A stretch of 64,000 nucleotides of DNA. Source: Octopus bimaculoides (lineage: Eukaryota). Shown here one piece after another: positions 25,354 to 37,438 of this stretch; position 1 is the stretch's first letter; every line of letters begins with the position of its first letter. Under the pieces are notes generated by a model. That model was not told the origin of the DNA and ran no database searches. It saw only the letters and a program-made list of their open reading frames with translations. A program made the position numbers and the translations under genes. The stretch spans positions 99,721,269-99,785,268 of the forward strand of contig NC_068982.1 of assembly GCF_001194135.2 (NCBI RefSeq), given 5' to 3'.

Positions 25354-26001
25354 GGCTGCAAGCTGGCAGAATTGTCAGCATGCAGGGCAAAATGTTTAGT
25401 GGTATTTCATCTGTCTTTACATTCTGAGTTCAAATTCTGCCGAGGTTGACTTTGCCTTTTATCCTTTCAGGGTCAATGAAATAGGTACCAGTTACACACA
25501 GGTCGATGTAATTGACTTTCCCCCTCCCACAAAATTTCAGGCCTTGTGTCTTTAGTAGAAAGAATTACTACTACTACTATTACTATTAATATTATTATTA
25601 TTAAGGAGGTGAGCTGGCAGAATTGTTAGCACATCAGACATATTACTTAGAAGTATTTTTTCCAGCTCTTTAGATCCTGCGATCAAATCCCACCAAAGTC
25701 AACTTTGCCTTTTCAGCCGTTCAGGGTTGTTAAAAATAAAGTACCAGTCAAGCTAAAAAATTACTAGCCTTGTACTAAAACTTGAAACAAGGCAAAATCG
25801 TTAGCACATCAGGCAAAATGTTTAACATTTCATTTGTCTTTACGTTCTGAGTTCAAATTCCACCACAGTCAACTTCGCTTTCATCCTTTTGAGGGAGATA
25901 AAATAAGTACCAGTTTGAACACTGGGCTCAATGTAAACAACTTATCCACCCCCACCACCAAATTACTGGCCTAGTACCAAAATTTGAAATAATTATTATG
26001 A

Positions 26002-26050
<49 letters not shown>

Positions 26051-26080
26051 CATCATTATGATTATCATTATCATCATCAT
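25124..26080 (+). mobile_element. Four head-to-tail SINE family C copies (~25124, 25352, 25603, 25790) with (TTA)n spacers
   Basis: Repeated gagctggcagaattgttagcac...aggtcaactttgcctttc...aaataagtaccag units. Confidence 0.9.
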
Positions 26081-26299
26081 CATAATACCCTCCTTGACAA
26101 ACTGACTAAACAGCAATTAATTTTCTCACTTAACATTTATAATACTCTCATTTGGCAAGAGTTTTGATGTGAAAATGTGTGAAAAAATATTGTGATTGTC
26201 CAAAGTATGTTTGTGAGTCATTCTATTTTCTTTATTATCTCTTCTATATCATCATCATCACCATCATTATTTAATGTCCGTTGTCCATGCTAGCATGGG

Positions 26300-27480
26300 C
26301 TGGATAGCTGTGCTGTGAAAGTTGTATGTGAACTGTACACAGCTCTTAGTATTTTTGTCTAGAGTATATGCTTATGTTTGCTGTATGTGTGGGTTGATTA
26401 TATTTGGTGTTTTCTCATGTTGCTGGTACAAAGGGAGACAATAAATTTCATAGGTGTTACTTAAAGACTCTCTTGTTGAGGGGGTTAGTTTTTAAGAGAT
26501 TCAAGTAGGGTTGGAGAAGTTGCAATGCAATGTCTTAAGAATAGTGAGAGTTTGTGTGATGTCAACAGTGTATAAAGTTGTTTGTATATCGAGGTGTGGA
26601 AAGGTCATGTAAGCATAAGTTGAAAAGAATGAGCGAGAAGGTAAATCCTTGTGGCTCTTCATCTGGAAAGCTGCTGGTTTTAGATGCGTTGGTCTTGTAC
26701 ATTATATAGTCTTGGTGGCATGACAAGTAGTTTGCTAGCCTACTGTGCTGTTTCTGAAGTTGGTATTGAGTTTTTCTTTTTTTTTTTGCATGAGTGAATA
26801 GCAGGAAATGGAGTCAAAAGCTTTACTAATAGTGATGCTAGTCAGAATGATATATGGGGAAGGGTTTTTTTCCTGTGTTAGGTTTGTGAGGTACATGGTG
26901 ATTGAGTAGAGTGAAAGTGGTTAGTAGTGGTTGTAATTTGGAGAGGGTGATATGTAGGTTAGTGATATTAAAAACTAGTTATTCTAAATATTTTGAGGTT
27001 GTGCATAGGAGGTGATAGTTCTTCACTTGGGTTGTTATTGAATTTATTTGTTATAATTTTGTTCAACTTCTAGTTTCTAAAGATTTGACTACATTGGTAC
27101 AAAGTGTTATGGATGTTGGTGAGTGCAGGGATTTTTTCAGGTCTTCTGCATTTTAGGTGTATGCTTGTGATTTTGTTTGGGTTTGGGCCTTAAGATTGAA
27201 TTTTAGATTTCCCTATTGTTTTTCACATGTCTAATGAAGCAGGGTCAAAACCGTGGTCTAGATGGAATGTATGATGAATACCTTTCCCTTTGTGTTCCTG
27301 CCCTCTTTCAGTACTTTTCAATGGGTGGTCTTTGAGAAATGCCTGAAAGAGCATTTGCTTGGTGTTGCAGTGTGGACAAGAGATATTCTGTGCAATAAAA
27401 AATCTCCCCTGACAGTGTTTGTGAAGGTGGTAAAGCTGGGATGTGCAATCAGGTGAGATCGTTGGTGACAATAGTGGTGA
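26300..27480 (-). mobile_element. Degraded non-LTR retrotransposon RT fragment (Jockey/I-like)
   Basis: Minus-strand remnants PALTNI, LLCTTSKYLE (~27012-26985), EPQG.TFSLILFNLCLHDL (from 26660) and YTVDIT, a decayed YADD (26572-26555). Confidence 0.65.
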
Positions 27481-27481
27481 T

Positions 27482-27523
<42 letters not shown>

Positions 27524-28169
27524 TATCGTTATGTCCACTTTTCCATGATTTTGTCCACTTTTCCATGATTGCATGGGTCAGATGGAATTTGTTGAGGCAG
27601 ATTTTCTACAACTAGATGCTCTTCCTGTCACCAATCCCCACTTGTTTCCAAAGAAGGTAATATTTCCCATGACCAGATATGTTTCCCATGGAAATTAACA
27701 ATATTGCTTGTATGACAGTGATGCATTTTTACAACAATCACGACGTTGTTTATTTTGATGCTGCTTGTAAGTAACAAGCAGGTGTTACCTTAATGGATAT
27801 ATTATGCTAATGTTTTGCTCCTGCTGACTACTATTGATTCCCAGACAGCATTTATGCTTTTAATGCTGTTGACACTGCCAGATTGAGTGGTACTTCTCAG
27901 GTATTGAAACCACAGTAATTTTCATTTGGCAGCTGAAGATGGAAATCCATATTTTTTATGCTGGTTTGTGAAATTTTTATGTCTTAGTCTCATTATTCTG
28001 AGTTGTTCTTCATTTCAGTGAGGTGGAAAGTGATTTTAGATTCATGATTTCTGTAGATTACACACATTGATATTGGTTGTGTTTCTTCACAGATAATCTT
28101 ATTAAACATGGATAACGCTCAGATATTGGTGTCTAGTTTTGGGATGTTCTATAGCATATATATACAAAG

Positions 28170-28309
28170 GGATTTACCAACCAAAACCACTCACAAGGCT
28201 TTGACTGGCCTAGGGTTATGATAAGGACACTTGCTCCAAGTGCTGCAAAGTGGAAGTTAACCCAAGACCACATGGTTGGGAAGCAAACTTTTAACCACAC
28301 AGACACACC
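28170..28309 (-). mobile_element. SINE family A 5' part
   Basis: Reverse complement of the family A head. Confidence 0.75.
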
Positions 28310-28335
28310 AGAACCGAACTACATATCTGCATGCC

Positions 28336-28543
28336 TGTTTGTGTGTGTATGTATCATCATCATCATCATCATCATCATTTAATGTTCATTTTCCATGCTG
28401 GCATGGGCTGGACGGTTTCACTGAAAACTGGTAAGCTGGGGAACTGCAGATTTTAGTCAAACCATCCAACCCATGCCAGCATGGAAAACAGATGTTAAAT
28501 GATGATGATGATGATGATGATGATACACACACACACAAACACA
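28336..28543. repeat. Hairpin formed by two inverted (GAT)n-tailed retroposon 3' ends
   Basis: catcatttaatgttcattttccatgctggcatggg pairs with cccatgccagcatggaaaacagatgttaaatgatg. The flanking TG/CA runs extend the stem. Confidence 0.9.
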
Positions 28544-28861
28544 CATATAGTATGTTTATTATATTAACGAGCTTTGTGTTGCTAGTTTTTATTTTGAGTC
28601 TGTAGCACCATTCCCTATTAGCTTATGATTCTTATTTGTGATATCTACATATTGAATGCAAGGTTTTAGGCATAGTATGATACAACCACCACTGCTACTA
28701 TTGTAAAGAAAGGTCTGTCTTGTCTTATTCAGTTACAACTTAGGGAAGTGAGCATTTAGTTTTTGAATAATTGCTACATGAATGTTAAAAGTGATTTTTG
28801 ATGCCATTAGTGTTGTATAGCAGAACATCTAAATAATCTTGTCATGTATAAAGAGTTTGTG

Positions 28862-28922
<61 letters not shown>

Positions 28923-28951
28923 GGCAATGACTGTATGACAAATTGTAGTAC

Positions 28952-28983
28952 CTTTGATTTTCTGTCTTCACTAATAGTTGAAT
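28952..28983 (-). CDS. ABLIM: ABLIM-family micro-exon H (32 nt): DSTISEDRKSK
   Basis: gtgtatttcag acceptor and AAG|GTACTA donor. Phase 1 to 0, which is what is needed to join exon G to exon I. Confidence 0.75.
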
Positions 28984-29127
28984 CTGAAATACACAACACA
29001 AAAGAAATGCTTAATAATGAATAAATAAGATTGCACACATATCGAACAAACTGTTAAGAAATGTAGAATAAGCAAAAATCACTTGAATAAACAACATGTA
29101 ATTTGTGTAAAAAAAAATATTCATTAC

Positions 29128-29233
29128 CACTAATTTTTCTGTCATCTGACTGATTGCTAGAATCCATGTGATTTGCATGCTTGACATCGGATGATGTTGG
29201 AGATGTTGATGACTCATCCATTTCATAGTATCT
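29128..29233 (-). CDS. ABLIM: ABLIM-family exon G: RYYEMDESS...SDDRKIS
   Basis: Long polypyrimidine tract with ctcatcag acceptor and G|GTAATG donor. 106 nt, phase 0 to 1, open. Confidence 0.82.
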
Positions 29234-29281
29234 CTGATGAGAAAAAAATAAAAATAAAAATATAAAAATAACTTAACTACA

Positions 29282-29672
29282 CAGGCGTAGGTGTGGCAAG
29301 AAGCTTGCTTCCCAACCACGTGCTTCTAGGTTCAGTTCTATTATGTGGCACCTTGGGCAAGTGCCTTCTACCACAGCCCTGGGCTGACCAATGCCCTGTG
29401 AGTGGATTTGGTAAATGGAAACTGAAAGAAGTCTGTCGTATACATAAATGCATATATCTATGTGCGTGTATCTTTGAGTCTGTGTTTGTTCTCCACCATC
29501 GTTCAACAACTGGTGTTGTGTTTTTGTTCCCCTAACTTAGCAGTTTGGGCAAAAGAGACCACTAGAATAAGTACCAGGCTTTAAAAAATAAGTCCTGGGG
29601 TTGATTTGTTCAAGGTGTTGCCCCAGCAAGGGCATAGTAAAAAATGACTGAAACAAACAAAGGATAAAAGAT
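29282..29672 (+). mobile_element. SINE family A full-length copy
   Basis: Head and tail match the other family A copies. Confidence 0.85.
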
Positions 29673-31363
29673 ACTATTTGAGCAGAGGACACAACAACAA
29701 CACTGGACAATGTAACATAGATGGAATTTTAAGGAAGGTTTTTAAAATATATATTTATACATAGCACCCTCTCACAATTATAAATCTGTTCCCCGCATCG
29801 TACTTTACCCTCTTTCATCAACTTGCCTAAAATCACCACGCCCTCTCTCTCTCTCCTATTCTCTTTCACCTGCTTTAGGTAAGTTGCAAAGTGACTTCAC
29901 TAGTTGCCAGTGCCATGGGAAAGAAATAAGCACCTAGTATTCTCTGTAAAATGGTTCGTGTTGGAAAGAGTATCCAGTTACAGAAGCTATGAAAAAACAG
30001 ATATGAGTACAGTGCGATCCTCTAACTCATCAAATCGTGTCAAACTGTTCGACCCATGTCAGCAGGGAAAGTAGATGTTAAATGATAATGATGATAATGG
30101 GGATATATATATATATATGGTTTTAGGGAAAATAACCAAGTTTCAAGAACTCATCGATGAAAATCCACTATCACATATAGAAAAATTAACAATTAAAAGC
30201 ACAATAAATGAGTATAATATAAAGTAAAGTAAATATCATAAGATAAATATAATAAAATGATTACACGTGTTTCATAACTAATTTTCAAATAGAAAGGAAA
30301 TTTAAATCGATTAAAATCAATTAAAATCAATTGAAATTTTTGAAAATATATATTTATACATAGCACCCTTATTTAACTTATTTAACACTAAATTATTTAG
30401 AAGTTATAGTTTCATTTCTATATAATATTAGAACTTCGATTTGAATAGTGTTGATATATTTTTGATTATTTTTGATTGATAATATTTGATTAATAATTAG
30501 TCTTTATTGTTTATAATATCGTTAAAGGTTTTTTTAATTAAAACTTTNNNNNNNNNNNNNNNNNNNNNNNNNNNNNNNNNNNNNNNNNNNNNNNNNNNNN
30601 NNNNNNNNNNNNNNNNNNNNNNNNNNNNNNNNNNNNNNNNNNNNNNNNNNNNNNNNNNNNNNNNNNNNNNNNNNNNNNNNNNNNNNNNNNNNNNNNNNNN
30701 NNNNNNNNNNNNNNNNNNNNNNNNNNNNNNNNNNNNNNNNNNNNNNNNNNNNNNNNNNNNNNNNNNNNNNNNNNNNNNNNNNNNNNNNNNNNNNNNNNNN
30801 NNNNNNNNNNNNNNNNNNNNNNNNNNNNNNNNNNNNNNNNNNNNNNNNNNNNNNNNNNNNNNNNNNNNNNNNNNNNNNNNNNNNNNNNNNNNNNNNNNNN
30901 NNNNNNNNNNNNNNNNNNNNNNNNNNNNNNNNNNNNNNNNNNNNNNNNNNNNNNNNNNNNNNNNNNNNNNNNNNNNNNNNNNNNNNNNNNNNNNNNNNNN
31001 NNNNNNNNNNNNNNNNNNNNNNNNNNNNNNNNNNNNNNNNNNNNNNNNNNNNNNNNNNNNNNNNNNNNNNNNNNNNNNNNNNNNNNNNNNNNNNNNNNNN
31101 NNNNNNNNNNNNNNNNNNNNNNNNNNNNNNNNNNNNNNNNNNNNNNNNNNNNNNNNNNNNNNNNNNNNNNNNNNNNNNNNNNNNNNNNNNNNNNNNNNNN
31201 NNNNNNNNNNNNNNNNNNNNNNNNNNNNNNNNNNNNNNNNNNNNNNNNNNNNNNNNNNNNNNNNNNNNNNNNNNCTATAAAGCTCAATTTAATTTAAATT
31301 TTTTATAAATTGATTTTAATTGAGTTTTTACCTGTAATTTTGGATTTTGTCCCTAATATTATA

Positions 31364-31403
<40 letters not shown>

Positions 31404-31582
31404 TAAAACTGTTTGATACGGATCCATGCAACTTAAAGTTCCACAGGCCTCTAACAGAAACTCATTTCTTTCAGGTTTTGAATTGCAATCAAACTGTTTT
31501 AAATAATACATGTAATTCCTACTAAATGTGTCGAGTGCCTTTTCTTTCATTTGTCCACTCATATATACTCATATACAGATAT

Positions 31583-31985
31583 ACCCAGGATTTTGCATCC
31601 ACAAAGTACTTAGCTTTACATATGTCTTGTCAGACCCTAATAGCCAGTGGCCTATGATCTCTCTTCAAAATGGAGAGAGAGAAAGAAGGCCTTGTGGCTA
31701 GTTTTTGAAAACACAGAGGTCAAACGAAAGAGATTGTCTCCCTTAGACCACTGTCCGGAATCCATCCAGTCAGCTTGCAGGTCCCAGGATTTCAGTAGGA
31801 ATCGCATGGAATCCTGGGACCTGCAAGCTAACTGAGTGGATTCTGGACAGAAGTCTAGGAGAGATAATCCCTTGCGTTTAACCTTTATGTTCAAAACCTG
31901 GCCACGAGGCTGTTTCTCTCTCCATTTGGCCATTAGGATCTGATGAGACATGTAAAGCTAAGGGCTTCATGGACACAAAACCCTG
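31583..31985. repeat. ~400-bp foldback inverted repeat (loop ~31794-31808)
   Basis: The arms are reverse complements, with a ~22-bp indel in the left arm. The ORF track shows mirror peptides on the two strands. Confidence 0.92.
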
Positions 31986-32804
31986 AGTAACCATCCATAT
32001 AGACTGGCCATAACTATCTTTCTTCAAATATTCAACTGCTCTATATCTTCGAGTGTGCTTCTCTTTTGGATTTATGATCTACTGATGATATATTTACATA
32101 CACACACACACACACACTCACTGCCACCACCACCACCCTCATTGATTTAATGTCCACTTTTCCATGCTTGCATGTGTCAGACAGAATTCATTGAGGCAAA
32201 TTTTCTATGGCTGTCTATCCTTGTTACCAACCTTCACCTGTTTCCCAGGAAGTCAATATTTTTACATGGCTCAATATTTTCACAGAAGACTGGAACAAAT
32301 ACCATTTGTATGACAACACTGATGCTTGTAGATAATTACTATACAATGTCTGGATAAAGAAGGAGAGGGACAAATATACCTACACATTATGTGTGTGTGT
32401 GTGCGTTAGAGTTAAATTTCATAGTTTGAATAGAAAAGGAAAAGAAAACACAATAGCCCATCTGAAAATAACAGTATTTAAAAAAATCAAAAAACATGAA
32501 CAAGATTACAGCTAGGAGCTAACAGTTTACACAAAGTGGCCACCTCAGCTTCCACCATAGCCTCAAGATGGCTCTGGAACTTGGTGCTTAAGTTCTTCAC
32601 TGTGTCCCTGGGAAGATCTTCAAACATCTTCTTGATTTTGGCCATCAGCTTGGCCTAGGTTTTGCAGGCAGAGTGGTTGGTATTTTTCTCAACTGTGTCC
32701 TTACACATAGCAACCCAATCAGAAGAATTAGGAGGCCAGAAATTATAGACGTCTTTGGTAGATTTCCTTTCATATAGATTTCCTTTCGCTTTTGTAAAAT
32801 CACG

Positions 32805-33052
32805 TAAAATACACCATTTCGAGCGTGGCCGTCGCCAGTACCGCCTGACTGGCTTTTGTGCCGGTGGCACGTAAAATCACCCACTACACTCTCGGAGTGG
32901 TTGGCATTAGGAGGGGCATCCAGCTGTAGAAACTCAGCCAAATCAGATTGGAGCCTGGTGTCGCCTCCTGGTCCACCAGTCGTCAGTCAAATCATCCAAC
33001 CCATGCTAGCATGGAAAGCGGACGTTAAATGACGATGATGATGATGATGATG
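32805..33052 (+). mobile_element. Young RTE 3'-end/RTE-SINE copy with (GAT)n tail
   Basis: Close reverse-complement match to 34816-34992, CpGs retained. Confidence 0.85.
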
Positions 33053-33215
33053 AAACTTGAATGCAGAACTTATATTTCAATCAGTTTATAATGATGTTTG
33101 AAAATGATTTATGTTGCTTCTGTGATTATTATTTAGCCCAAGTCAGTCTAAGTGAAGCAAACCTGTCATTAAAGGCATTCCAGCCATAACCTTCCAGTCT
33201 TATTTTCAGGCTCAT

Positions 33216-33594
33216 GGAGGTGCAATGGCCCAGTGGTTAGGGCAGCGGACTCGCGGTCATAGGATCGCGGTTTCGATTCCCAGACCGGGTGTTGTGAGTG
33301 TTTATTGAGCAAAAACACCTAAAGCTCCACGAGGCTTCGGCAGGGGATGGTGGCGACCCCTTCTGTACTCTTTCACCACAACTTTCCCTCACTCTTACTT
33401 CCTGTTGTACCTGTAATTCAAAGGGCCAGCCTTGTCACACTGTGTCACACTGAATATCCCCAAGAACTACGTTAAGGGTACACGTGTCTGTGGAGTGCTC
33501 AGCCACTTGCACGTTAATTTCATGAGCAGGCTGTTCCGTTGATCGGATCAACTGGAACCCTCGGCGTCGTAAGCGACAGAGTGCCAACAACAAC
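33216..33594 (+). mobile_element. tRNA-derived SINE family B with TSD
   Basis: A and B boxes, (CAA)n tail. ATTTTCAGGCT flanks it at 33202-33212 and 33595-33605. Confidence 0.92.
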
Positions 33595-34815
33595 ATTTTC
33601 AGGCTGTATATGAGAAATTATCTCACCTCTTGGGGGAGTCACCAACAATTGCTGCTTTCCCCACCCACCCCATTTGTTATTCAAGAAAATTTTCCTATCA
33701 GCATTCAACTTTTAACTTATTTATACAACTTCATGTATTTGACCCATTTCAGTAATTTCTTTTTGCTCATTTTATAGTATGTGGTTACTATTATTATTAT
33801 AAGTTGGGGTACAACATTTTTACACTTAAATGCTCTTCTTATTAACTACCTAAGTAGGAAATATTAAGGAAACTTCTTACCTAGCGAGTAGTAAAGTAAG
33901 CAAAGTTATATTTTTTCTCTGTTGTAGAAAAATTTGAATTCATAACAAGCCATATAGTCAGTAGAGCCATACAATAATGCCACAGTTAATACAAGTTGAA
34001 ATAATCCCCTACAGCCGAAATAAAACTCAAATCACTTACTAGAGAGAGTGTAAGACACAGTTGTGATAATGAGTCTTTAATAACTATGATGAAGATGACA
34101 TTTATAGCAACAGTAAATATAAAGCAGGAAACAATGTTGTATTATGACAAAGAAGAGAGTAAAGTCGAGTTAACATTTTAGCGAACTAAGTTTGTAATTC
34201 CAATTTAAACCACAACTGAAACCATGTCCCTAATATATATCACTAATGCTGTGGGGAAAACAATATGGAAATCATTCGTGTGTTTTTTTTAAATTTCTCC
34301 ATTTTCATTCCCCACCAAACAATAAGCTTATACAAGAAATCTTTGTTATTATAAAGCAAAGGCATTAAAGTCAACTTTTGTTTTCTATCTCCTTTGAAAT
34401 CAATTATATGCTATGTTAATACAATATAAATATTTGAGCTTGTGCATGGTTAAAAGGTAAATACTTTAAGATAGGGAACTCAAGGAAACCTCAGTGCTAG
34501 TTCTTTTTCGAAGAAAGGCTTCGCTTGAAACAGCACTCACAACTATTGGCATACAAACTTTAAAAAATTTACAAAATATAATATAAAGATTAAGTCCATA
34601 GCATCTCGAGCTCATGACTATTTTTCTGCCCTTTTGCTCGACGTGTGGTTTCTGTCCATGCTGAGCTCACCTTGGTTGAAAATTGACGGAATCACATGTG
34701 CTATATAAAATGCCTAGCAATATTTGTTTCAGCCTATAATGCCCTGAGTTTAAATCTCCCAAAGTCAATATCACCTTTCATCCTTCCAGGCTTGATAAAG
34801 TAAAGTACAGTTATA

Positions 34816-35643
34816 TCATCATCATCATCATCATCGTTTAACGTCCGCTTTCCATGCTAGCATGGGTTGGACGATTTGACTGAGGACTGGTGAAACCGGA
34901 TGGCAACACCGGGCTCCAATCTAATTTGGCAGAGTTTCTACAGCTGGATGCCCTTCCTAACGCCAACCACTCAGAGAGTGTAGTGGGTGCTTNNNNNNNN
35001 NNNNNNNNNNNNNNNNNNNNNNNNNNNNNNNNNNNNNNNNNNNNNNNNNNNNNNNNNNNNNNNNNNNNNNNNNNNNNNNNNNNNNNNNNNNNNNNNNNNN
35101 NNNNNNNNNNNNNNNNNNNNNNNNNNNNNNNNNNNNNNNNNNNNNNNNNNNNNNNNNNNNNNNNNNNNNNNNNNNNNNNNNNNNNNNNNNNNNNNNNNNN
35201 NNNNNNNNNNNNNNNNNNNNNNNNNNNNNNNNNNNNNNNNNNNNNNNNNNNNNNNNNNNNNNNNNNNNNNNNNNNNNNNNNNNNNNGGCACTGGCAACGA
35301 TCTTACTTGGCTTGCCGGGTCTTCTCACGCACAGCACATTTCCAAAGGTCTCGGTCAGTAGTCATCGCCTCGATGAGGCCCAATGTACGAAGGTCTTGCC
35401 TCACCACCTCAGCCCAGGTCTTTCTGGGTCTACCTCTTCCACGGGTTCCCTCAACTGTTAGGGTGTGGCACTTTTTCACGCAGCTATCCTCATCCATTCT
35501 CACCACATGTCCATACCAGCGCAATCGTCTCTCTTGCACACCACAACTGATGCTTCTAATGTTCAGCTTTTCTCTCAAGATACTTACACTCTGACGGGTA
35601 TTCACATTGACATTACACATCCAACAGAGCATACTGGCTTCCA
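34816..35643 (-). mobile_element. 5'-truncated RTE LINE: ORF C-terminus, 3' UTR and (GAT)n tail
   Basis: ORF 35303-35632 reads ...RRLRWYGHVVRM...RGRGRPRKTW..., typical of the RTE clade. Confidence 0.92.
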
Positions 35644-36018
35644 GAGGTCAATTTAATTAAGCAAGAAGCTACAGCTGAATCTCAAAGGAATCTGTTGAGT
35701 ATTGTTTGTGCTTTAAGGACAAGTAATGGTATAAACTCCAGTCACTACAGTATTCTTGTGAGGATCAGTAACCTCAGGTATTAATATTCAAAGATACTGT
35801 ATGCTGCAAATCTACATGACAAAGAAATTGTAGTAATTGTACACTAATTCCCTAAACTTTTGTATCCAGTCAAATGAAGTTGTCCTTTTATGTAAGTAAA
35901 GCATAAAATAGTCTCACAGACTGGATATGAGAAAGGAAGTATATTGCAGAAAATATCAACTGATTTTCAAAAGAAAATGAAATCTGTATTCATAAATACT
36001 TGAAACTGTTCAACTCAC

Positions 36019-36107
36019 AAAATCTAATGCCCCGCCATACATTCCTGACAATGGTAGAGTTGCAGCTCGTTGTGATATGCCATAATCACCATACCCAGGT
36101 TTGGGAA
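36019..36107 (-). CDS. ABLIM: ABLIM-family exon F: VPKPGYGDYG...MYGGALDF
   Basis: ttttcttttgcag acceptor and T|GTGAGT donor. 89 nt, phase 1 to 0, PKPGYG motif. Confidence 0.9.
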
Positions 36108-37438
36108 CTGCAAAAGAAAACAATTATAATAATTAAATAGCAATTTTTAAATATAACATATGTATGTGTGTGTATACATATGTACAACTGTAAGGAATTT
36201 ATTTGTATAAAATTTCATAATATATATAGTTTTATTGAAAACCAGGATATTAACTGTCAGTTACATTACAACCTTCAGTTTCACCATCAATTAATTCATC
36301 AGGTAATGATATTAATCCACAATAATACTACAAATGTTATTGCAGCACACATAGCATCAAGGTGGATTAATATCATCATCCAATGAACTGATTTATAGTG
36401 AAACTGGCAATCAACAGTTAACCTAGCTTCTGAAAACAAATATATTTGACTCTACATCTTTGTATTGAGTGCTTTTATTTAAATCTATTTTACTCTTAAC
36501 ACACACACACACATATATAGGATAAAACAAAATGTTCTCTTTAATTTTTTGAAAGAGAACTTAAGTGAAATGTTCTCAAAGTTACAACAGTAATTATTAT
36601 CACAATGTAATCAGTAGTACTTTAAATTTAACATTAGCAAATAATGAACACAAAAATAATACTTAGGAGAATTACCTAATTACATAATGTAAATTATAGC
36701 TTCAAGATAATATTATTTACATTATTTTTTATAATTCATATATTATCATTAAAATGATAATTATTTACTATCCTCAGTAATATCTTGATTATCATTACCA
36801 TTTTAATCATTATTATTATTCTAATCATTACTATTATTATCTTTATTATTATGGTCATTATAAATAATCATCATTATCAATGAAAATTTTATTTCTATTT
36901 TCAACAGTTTTATGCATGTTTCTACAACACCACCACATCCATGTTCCTGAGCTGTATGCAGTATTGTCTTTTCTTAATGTAAATTGTGTTCGCTGTACTG
37001 TAAGATTCAGTATTGCTTCTCATATTATTTTAGTGCATTATCTGTTATGTCATCATTGTACAGGTATTACATGAACAATGTGAGTTGTGTTATTCAGTTG
37101 ATTTTGTGTCATGTGTTCTGTGATTGATGTTATGTTTTAACATCAAGCAGAGATCACATAGACTATGTACTGTGTGGTTTGCACAGTATTAATGGATGAC
37201 AAATGTGTAGAATGCAAGTTGTGTGAAATAGTCTGTGTTATAGTGTCAGGTACTGATTATATTAAGTAAAGGCACAGCTATGGCTGGGTCATAAGAAGTT
37301 TGCTTCCCAATCACAATGTTCTGTGTTTTGGCTTACTGTGTGACAGGCACCTTGGCCAAGTGCTTTCTACTATAGCCTAGGGTCAACCAAAGCTTTGTAT
37401 GTGGAATTGGTAGGCAGAAACTTTACAAGCTCTCTTGT

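Noticed and set aside
25124-25990. Repeat-spacer-like array resembling CRISPR
   Set aside because: The units are ~200-bp diverged SINEs with microsatellite spacers, in eukaryotic intron context with no cas genes.
28807-29038. Poly-His, poly-Ser and poly-Asp ORFs (also poly-Ile ORFs at 25928 and 54372)
   Set aside because: Translations of (GAT)n and (ATT)n microsatellites. Only the 32-nt exon H inside is supported.
34671-34700. 30-nt minus-strand exon candidate (atatag|CACATGTGA...AAG|GTGAGC) that would act as a poison exon between F and G
   Set aside because: Weak acceptor that overlaps a decayed antisense SINE C head. No support without RNA data.
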